DNA from: Acidobacteriota bacterium
Lineage (GTDB): Bacteria; Acidobacteriota; UBA6911; RPQK01
Direction: 5' to 3'
NCBI GenBank assembly: GCA_035593865.1
Contig: DAOTAI010000003.1
Location: 1-35,346 of the forward strand
DNA length: 35,346 nt
In this document: positions 33,659-35,346 of the stretch, one piece after another
How the letters are laid out: every line of letters starts with the position of its first letter
How positions within the stretch are numbered: position 1 is the stretch's first letter
Made by a program: the position numbers and the translations under genes
Notes under the pieces: model-generated
Told to the model about the DNA's origin: nothing
The model's input: only the letters and a program-made list of their open reading frames with translations
Database searches by the model: none

Positions 33659-35346
33659 ATGCTCTCCCGATACCATTCGCGCCGTGTAAGTCTCGGTGTG
33701 CTTGCCGCTGTTCTATGCTTGCGCGCCACCATCGCAAATGAGCCGGACAATGAAAGAATCCTGCTCTCCAACACTCGTCAATTGATTTTCGAAGGTCTTC
33801 GCTCAGGCGAGGGCTATTTCAATCGTGACGGTTCGCTACTGGTTTTCATGAGCGAACGGGAACCGGGGAATCCTTTTTTCCAAATCTACCTCATGAATAT
33901 GGAAACAGGCGAGACGCAACGCCTGTCACCCGGGTCCGGACGTTCGACCTGTGCTTGGATTCATCCTTCAAATCAAAAGGTTTTATTCTCGTCCACGCAC
34001 CTGGATCCGGCTGCCCGCCAGAAGCAGCAGAAGGAATACGAGTTGCGCAAGGCTGGAAAGGACAGGAGTTATGGCTGGGACTACGATGAGTACTACGATC
34101 TTTTTGAAATCGACCTCCAAACCCGGCAGTTGACACGGTTGTCTCATGAACGAGGGTACGATGCCGAGGGTTGCTACTCTCCGGACGGCAGTACCATCGT
34201 CTTCGCTTCAAATCGCGAAGGATATACGGCTCGGCTCTCGGAAAGGGACGAGAACATTTTCAAGAAAGATCCGTCCTACATGATGGATATCTACCTCATG
34301 AATGCGGACGGCGCCAACGTGCGTCGACTGACTCACGAAAAGGGTTATGACGGGGGTCCGTTTTTCAGTTGGGATGGAAGCCTGATCTGCTGGCGACGGT
34401 TTAACGAAGACGGCAGCAAAGCAGAGATCTTCGTGATGGAAGCGGACGGCTCCAATCAGCGTCGCATTACCAACCTGGGCGCAATGTCCTGGGCACCCTT
34501 CTTTCATCCCTCCGGCGACTACCTGATTTTCACCACCAACCTGCACGGTTTCAATAATTTCGAATTGTACCTGGTGGATACCAAGGGCGAATCTGAGCCG
34601 GTCCGGGTCACGAATACAGAGGGGTTTGACGGGCTGCCCGCTTTTTCTCCGGACGGGAACCGCCTTGTCTGGACGTCGAATCGAGGCCTTGGCAGACATG
34701 CTCAGCTTTTCATCGCCGACTGGAACGACGCGGAGGCAAGACGGCTTCTCAACCTGCCCGAGAAGGCGAAGCCCAAAACCGCCGCCACGACCGGCGCTGA
34801 CGCCACGATCGTCAAGAAAACCAGCCCGGCCATCAGCGCGGAGGATCTGCGACTTCATGTGACGGCGCTCGCCTCCGAGGAAATGGCAGGAAGGTTGACC
34901 GGAACCGAGGGAGAAAAGCTGGCAACCGCTTACGTCGCTGACTTCTTTGCCGGGCTTGGACTGGAGCCGGCTGGCCAAAATGGCAGTTTCTTTCAAGAGT
35001 TCGAGTTTACCGCGGGAGTGTCGCCCGGACCGGCAAACGAACTTAAGGTGATTATCGACGGGGAAACCGGGGCGGAGCCGGAACCCGAACTTCATCAGGA
35101 TTGGCGGCCGCTTGGCTTTTCGAAGACCGGTAAGATCGAAGCCGCCCCGGTGGTCTTCGCCGGCTATGGAATCGTAGCGCCTGCAAGCGACGGGAACGAC
35201 GCCTATGATTCGTTTTCCGGCCTGGATTTGAAAGGCAAATGGGCGCTGGTCTTTCGGTTTTTGCCCGAAGATGTCAGTGCGGAGCGACGGCAGCACTTGT
35301 CCCGATTCTCCAATCTGCGCTACAAGGCTATGGCTGCCCGGGAGAG
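33659..35346 (+). CDS. Secreted PD40/TolB-like beta-propeller protein fused to PA + M28 peptidase domains, 3' end cut by window edge
   Basis: This ORF is not in the supplied track because it has no stop in the window. I translated it by hand from ATG 33659 and found no stop through 35346. Signal peptide MLSRYHSRRVSLGVLAAVLCLRATIA. Repeated PD40 blades (YFNRDGSLLVF, CYSPDGSTIVFASNR, FFSWDGSLICW, FSPDGNRLVWTSNR). M28/PA-like LRLHVTALASEEMAGRLTGTEGEKLATAYV and VVFAGYGIVAP. Confidence 0.88.
   Translation, partial: MLSRYHSRRVSLGVLAAVLCLRATIANEPDNERILLSNTRQLIFEGLRSGEGYFNRDGSLLVFMSEREPGNPFFQIYLMNMETGETQRLSPGSGRSTCAWIHPSNQKVLFSSTHLDPAARQKQQKEYELRKAGKDRSYGWDYDEYYDLFEIDLQTRQLTRLSHERGYDAEGCYSPDGSTIVFASNREGYTARLSERDENIFKKDPSYMMDIYLMNADGANVRRLTHEKGYDGGPFFSWDGSLICWRRFNEDGSKAEIFVMEADGSNQRRITNLGAMSWAPFFHPSGDYLIFTTNLHGFNNFELYLVDTKGESEPVRVTNTEGFDGLPAFSPDGNRLVWTSNRGLGRHAQLFIADWNDAEARRLLNLPEKAKPKTAATTGADATIVKKTSPAISAEDLRLHVTALASEEMAGRLTGTEGEKLATAYVADFFAGLGLEPAGQNGSFFQEFEFTAGVSPGPANELKVIIDGETGAEPEPELHQDWRPLGFSKTGKIEAAPVVFAGYGIVAPASDGNDAYDSFSGLDLKGKWALVFRFLPEDVSAERRQHLSRFSNLRYKAMAARE

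Noticed and set aside
33478-33741. 87-aa plus-strand ORF (contains MAKQGRSKSV...) spanning the galU start and the galU/peptidase spacer
   Set aside because: It overlaps the galU 5' end antisense and the start of the PD40 gene in another frame. Its composition is Cys/Arg-rich and not protein-like. The signal-peptide-bearing frame from 33659 explains the region better.
34208-35296. 362-aa minus-strand ORF in the supplied track
   Set aside because: It lies entirely antisense to the hand-translated PD40/M28 gene. Its product is Arg/Gly/Pro-rich and low-complexity with no recognisable motif, so it is a classic shadow ORF of a GC-biased gene.

Overview
This 35.3-kb segment reads as ordinary core chromosome of a Gram-negative bacterium. 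The family content (GldG/DUF4340 ABC system, ArnT-like and YfhO GT-C proteins, FmdB zinc ribbon, PD40+M28 peptidase) is what I associate with Acidobacteriota-type soil bacteria, but that is inference only. I call 31 tightly packed CDS on both strands. They include two ABC-2 permeases, a GldA/GldF-GldG/DUF4340-type ABC operon, and glgP. Nucleotide metabolism is well represented: pyrE, purD-purE, purB-pncB, add, and a P-loop kinase::dCMP deaminase fusion. Also present are yajQ, pgeF, acpS, rlmN-mtaB, an MBL hydrolase, a glutaryl-CoA dehydrogenase-like enzyme, a LarA-family racemase homolog, two tandem GT-C membrane glycosyltransferases, a GntR regulator, serS and galU. I saw no rRNA, tRNA, CRISPR array, transposase, integrase or recognisable phage or defence island. 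Both window edges cut genes. The right-hand gene (PD40 beta-propeller + M28 peptidase, 33659..>35346, + strand) is absent from the supplied ORF track because it has no stop codon. The 362-aa minus-strand ORF listed there is its antisense shadow. The one place where gene annotation does not explain the sequence is the ~685-bp gene-free gap at 24809-25492. It holds a ~165-nt element that folds by hand into a perfect four-way junction with complementary hairpin loops. It also holds a 22-bp tandem repeat carrying the 11-bp palindrome GGGACAGTCCC (a third exact copy sits upstream of yajQ) and several phased short direct repeats. This gap is my best candidate for something undescribed: a structured RNA, a cis-regulatory hub, or a small non-autonomous element. 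A single sequence cannot discriminate between these. Secondary observations are a two-member family of ~80-bp nested-palindrome intergenic repeats, the kinase-deaminase fusion (architecture reminiscent of AvcD-type dCTP deaminases but in a housekeeping context), and the GldF-GldG single-polypeptide fusion. All protein calls rest on motif recognition by eye. No database search was run.
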